Translations under genes and position numbers: made by a program
Sequence record: OM135583.1
Source of the DNA: Escherichia phage EP01
DNA: 64,000 bases
Direction: 5' to 3' (one strand)
Shown here: positions 60,631 through 64,000 of the stretch, piece after piece
Layout of the letters: each line of letters opens with the position of its first letter
How positions within the stretch are numbered: the first letter of the stretch is position 1
The notes under the pieces: model-generated
Seen by the model: the letters and a program-made list of their open reading frames with translations, nothing else
What the model was told of the DNA's origin: nothing
The model's database searches: none

Positions 60631-60897
60631 TTAATATTTTTCCTCTGGTTGGAACACAGCACGACAAGCCCACATACTGGCTTCTTTGAGTTTAGTTTTA
60701 GCAATAGTTAACTGATCAAGGCTTTCAGCATAATTCTTCGCGAATTCACAGTCTTCACAATTATCTAGTGCTTCCCAGAATTCATCATATAAAGCATCAA
60801 AGATAAGTCCTAAACGAACTTCAGCATCTTTGATAGCATTCACTTTACCGATTTTCTCTTCAGTATGTGGCTTATAACCCTTAATATCTTCAATCAT
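60631..60897 (-). CDS. hypothetical acidic protein, 88 aa
   Basis: ORF track. Confidence 0.45.
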   Translation of the reverse strand: MIEDIKGYKPHTEEKIGKVNAIKDAEVRLGLIFDALYDEFWEALDNCEDCEFAKNYAESLDQLTIAKTKLKEASMWACRAVFQPEEKY

Positions 60898-61111
60898 ATT
60901 TTACTTCCTCACCAGTACCCAAATCATATTCAACTAAACGAATAGGTTCATGAATGCCATATCCCTGAACAGAAATTTCTGTCGTAGGATAAATTCCACT
61001 AATATCACCCATGTTCCACGCTTCATTAAATTGCTGTTCGCCTGAATTACTAAACCACTCGGCGAAAGCATTTAGCACATCTTCAGAACCTTCAATAATT
61101 ATCTTTGCCAT
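60890..61111 (-). CDS. hypothetical protein, 73 aa
   Basis: ORF track. Confidence 0.4.
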   Translation of the reverse strand: MAKIIIEGSEDVLNAFAEWFSNSGEQQFNEAWNMGDISGIYPTTEISVQGYGIHEPIRLVEYDLGTGEEVKYD

Positions 61112-61485
61112 TACAAACTCTCAGTAAAGGTACGAGCGATAACGTCGCGCTGCTGTTCCGGAGTCAGAGAGTTAAAGCGAACTGCATAACCGGATACACG
61201 GATGGTCAGCTGCGGATATTTTTCCGGATGCTTAACTGCATCTTCCAGAGTTTCGCGACGCAGAACGTTAACGTTCAGGTGTTGACCACCTTCAATTTTA
61301 ACTGTAGGTTGTGTTTCAATTTCAATTTCACGGGCATGCAAACCATAGAAAATTTCTGGGTCTACAAAAGAGTCCTCTTTAAAAGTTTTAGAGACAATAA
61401 TTCGTGCTTGAATACCATCTTCAAAATAAATAGTACCTTTATGCGTGCCTTCAAGAATTTGATATGCTTTCATATAACCTCTCAA
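61111..61485 (-). CDS. autonomous glycyl-radical cofactor (GrcA/YfiD-like), 124 aa
   Basis: C-terminal [13 protein letters not shown] glycyl-radical motif; 3' half visibly more GC-rich than flanks. Confidence 0.8.
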   Translation of the reverse strand: MRGYMKAYQILEGTHKGTIYFEDGIQARIIVSKTFKEDSFVDPEIFYGLHAREIEIETQPTVKIEGGQHLNVNVLRRETLEDAVKHPEKYPQLTIRVSGYAVRFNSLTPEQQRDVIARTFTESL

Positions 61486-61862
61486 TTAGAAAATAAATTT
61501 ATCCAAGATTGCTCTTTAATTAAAAATGGCTCAGAATCATATGCCATTAAACTTTGGGTGATTAGTCCTTTAAAAGGTCCATCAATAAATTCCATGGCAA
61601 AATATGGAATTTTATTCATTAATCTTGCATTAGGAGCAGTGCACAAAACTCTACATCCTTTGAATACGCCTTTTTGTAATTTGTATTGCTTAGGATAAAA
61701 TTCGCTCAAGACATTGTTATTTGCCAAAATTTCAAAATGATTCACCAATTTATTTTTAATAGTTTTTGGCGAAAAATAAAGATATTCGAAAAGCTGAGTG
61801 TCTGTCATCATTGCATTCCAATTACGAAAAACTGTGGACGAGTAATACCACCAATGCAGCAT
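61482..61862 (-). CDS. hypothetical protein, 126 aa
   Basis: ORF track. Confidence 0.45.
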   Translation of the reverse strand: MLHWWYYSSTVFRNWNAMMTDTQLFEYLYFSPKTIKNKLVNHFEILANNNVLSEFYPKQYKLQKGVFKGCRVLCTAPNARLMNKIPYFAMEFIDGPFKGLITQSLMAYDSEPFLIKEQSWINLFSN

Positions 61863-62395
61863 TTACTATTGCAACAGTGGTGCACAGTTTCAATATGAAT
61901 ATCGTAAATTTTATCCATATCAGGAGATTTAACAGGCTCATCGATTATATACAAAATCCGCGAAAGCGATAAACCTCTGAACTTGCTTCCTTTATTACCG
62001 ATAAAGCTACGGACAGAATCAGTAAATAAGCGGAATCGAATATCATCGCTAGAATAACGAGAAAATTCTTTTTTAATGTGGCCCGCAGAAATTTTAGCGT
62101 AAGCTGAAGTATTAGAAAGAACAATAACTGTTCCACCATCATACAGCCAATTAGCAGCAAAGTTAGTCACAGCAGTTGATTTACCAGATTGTCTGCCACC
62201 ATCTAAACGAAGTGTGCAATACTGTTTGAGTAAGTCTTCAAATGGTGGGATATAATCGTTTTTACAAATTTCTTCTACTCTAGCATCAGAATGGTGTGTA
62301 AAAGCATTCATCAGGGATAGATAAGGACCAGTTAAAAATGTTCTCATTTTGTTATCTCTAAATTTGGGCCATTCCGTGGCGCATGAATTGTCCAT
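61808..62395 (-). CDS. P-loop NTPase-like protein, 195 aa (start uncertain, 62395 or 62347)
   Basis: Walker A GRQSGKST and Walker B-like ILYIIDEP. Confidence 0.5.
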   Translation of the reverse strand: MDNSCATEWPKFRDNKMRTFLTGPYLSLMNAFTHHSDARVEEICKNDYIPPFEDLLKQYCTLRLDGGRQSGKSTAVTNFAANWLYDGGTVIVLSNTSAYAKISAGHIKKEFSRYSSDDIRFRLFTDSVRSFIGNKGSKFRGLSLSRILYIIDEPVKSPDMDKIYDIHIETVHHCCNSKCCIGGITRPQFFVIGMQ

Positions 62396-62524
62396 TTCTG
62401 TATTTACCCATTACCGCACTTGGGCTCGACCTTATTACAGGTTGGCGGGAATCCCTCACAGAATTATGAGGTCCAGCTTGTTCCCATGTTATTTGAATGT
62501 AAATAGGCCTAAGTATAGGCCTTA

Positions 62525-63103
62525 TTAATTACCACGGGCTGCATTAGCAACGGCATAAGCGTACTGAACATTAGCGTCCTTAAACGTACCTTTAGAGGTA
62601 TCTATTTCTGCCTTAAAGCCGCCTTTAGCCATAACATCGGCAAATTCTTTACGGAAAGCCATTGCATCAAGACCTTTCCATGATGATTTGTGCTTGGCGA
62701 ATTCAAGACCAGCGTAGTTGACAGCCTTAGCTAATTTATTATCAATGACCCATTTACCGGCTTTAGGCACAAACTTCGGACCTTTTTGTTTAGAGAACAG
62801 TTTTAAATTCCAGCGACGAAGATCACTGTCGGCTTTAACAAAAGCTGCGTCTAAGTTACTAGCAACAACATCTTCAATATGAGCAAATTTAAGTCCGTCA
62901 ACTTCAATATTTAGATCGTTACGCCAGCGAAGTCCTTCCCAAGCGAAAGCTTTAAAGTCAGAAGCTTTTGTGGCTAGATATCGTTCAAGTGGAGCAGTTT
63001 TAGGGTCAAAGCCGTTTCCGCCACGATAAGTCCACTCATCTTTATTAATGCCTTTGGCCTTTACTACAGAAGCTTCAGCAATAAATTCTTGATACGTTTT
63101 CAT
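62525..63103 (-). CDS. ipIII: internal protein III-like, 192 aa, with capsid targeting sequence
   Basis: N-terminal MKTYQEFIAE targeting/protease-site motif; basic protein. Confidence 0.75.
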   Translation of the reverse strand: MKTYQEFIAEASVVKAKGINKDEWTYRGGNGFDPKTAPLERYLATKASDFKAFAWEGLRWRNDLNIEVDGLKFAHIEDVVASNLDAAFVKADSDLRRWNLKLFSKQKGPKFVPKAGKWVIDNKLAKAVNYAGLEFAKHKSSWKGLDAMAFRKEFADVMAKGGFKAEIDTSKGTFKDANVQYAYAVANAARGN

Positions 63104-63129
63104 TTTTGTTCCTATTGTTTTAATTCATG

Positions 63130-63447
63130 TTATTCTTTAGGGAAGTTTTTAGAGTATGCGTCATAAAGTTTATTACCGATGCGTCGGAAAACTCTAGCTG
63201 CAAAACGGTTTTCAGGGTTTTTAATCATGATTTGCATCATGTAAGTTCCTGCATCCGAAAGAGCTTCTTCATAGTACCCATTAATTTCTTTAAGAGTCCT
63301 ACGTTTACCACCAGGACCATCAACAGTAATTTTCCATTTACCTGTAGAAGTGCGACTTGGCGGCTCAACTTGTTCAATCCAGATATAACCGCCTTCTACA
63401 CGTTGTCCTTGGGCAGATTCTGCAATAAATTCTTTAAACGTTTTCAT
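63130..63447 (-). CDS. ipII: internal protein II-like, 105 aa, with capsid targeting sequence
   Basis: N-terminal MKTFKEFIAE; basic; adjacent to ipIII and e. Confidence 0.7.
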   Translation of the reverse strand: MKTFKEFIAESAQGQRVEGGYIWIEQVEPPSRTSTGKWKITVDGPGGKRRTLKEINGYYEEALSDAGTYMMQIMIKNPENRFAARVFRRIGNKLYDAYSKNFPKE

Positions 63448-63483
63448 ATGGTTCCTTTAAATATTTTAATTAGTAACTATGAA

Positions 63484-63514
63484 TATACTATCACAGTTCT
63501 AGGAGAAAGTAAAC
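63484..63514 (-). promoter_or_regulatory. early promoter upstream of ipII
   Basis: GTTTAC ... TAGTAT. Confidence 0.55.
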
Positions 63515-63518
63515 AACT

Positions 63519-64000
<482 letters not shown>

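Noticed and set aside
60353-60897. Calling one of the small ORFs downstream of regB a cyclic-oligonucleotide sponge (Acb2-like)
   Set aside because: Only position suggests it; I cannot recall the reference sequence well enough to support the call.

Overview
This window is the left ~64 kb of a T-even (T4-like) myovirus genome, running from the stop codon of rIIA (positions 1-3) to the 5'-truncated lysozyme gene e at the right edge. About 115 protein genes are packed almost entirely on the minus strand. Confidently recognised genes include rIIA, fused topoisomerase gene 39, dexA, dda, modA/modB, soc, gene 56, dam, primase 61, sp, dmd, helicase 41, uvsX, gene 42, DNA polymerase 43, regA, 62/44/45, rpbA, 46/47, alpha-gt, sigma factor 55, nrdG/nrdD, endonuclease VII (49), nrdC, rI, tk, regB, internal proteins IPIII/IPII and e. 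Many sigma70-like early promoters and GC-rich tetraloop hairpins lie between genes, several as repeated promoter/RBS cassettes. The phage differs from T4 itself: gene 39 is unsplit, nrdD has no intron, a GT-A glycosyltransferase sits at the beta-gt locus (T2/T6-like), and two free-standing homing endonuclease genes are present. The strongest candidates for an undescribed system are a promoter-to-terminator four-gene cassette at 52.8-55.5 kb (Pol-beta-type nucleotidyltransferase, small 2-TM protein, two paralogues) and a PD-(D/E)xK nuclease-like gene translationally coupled to dam. No tRNA, rRNA, CRISPR or integrase was found. All calls are from reading the sequence and ORF track, with no database search.
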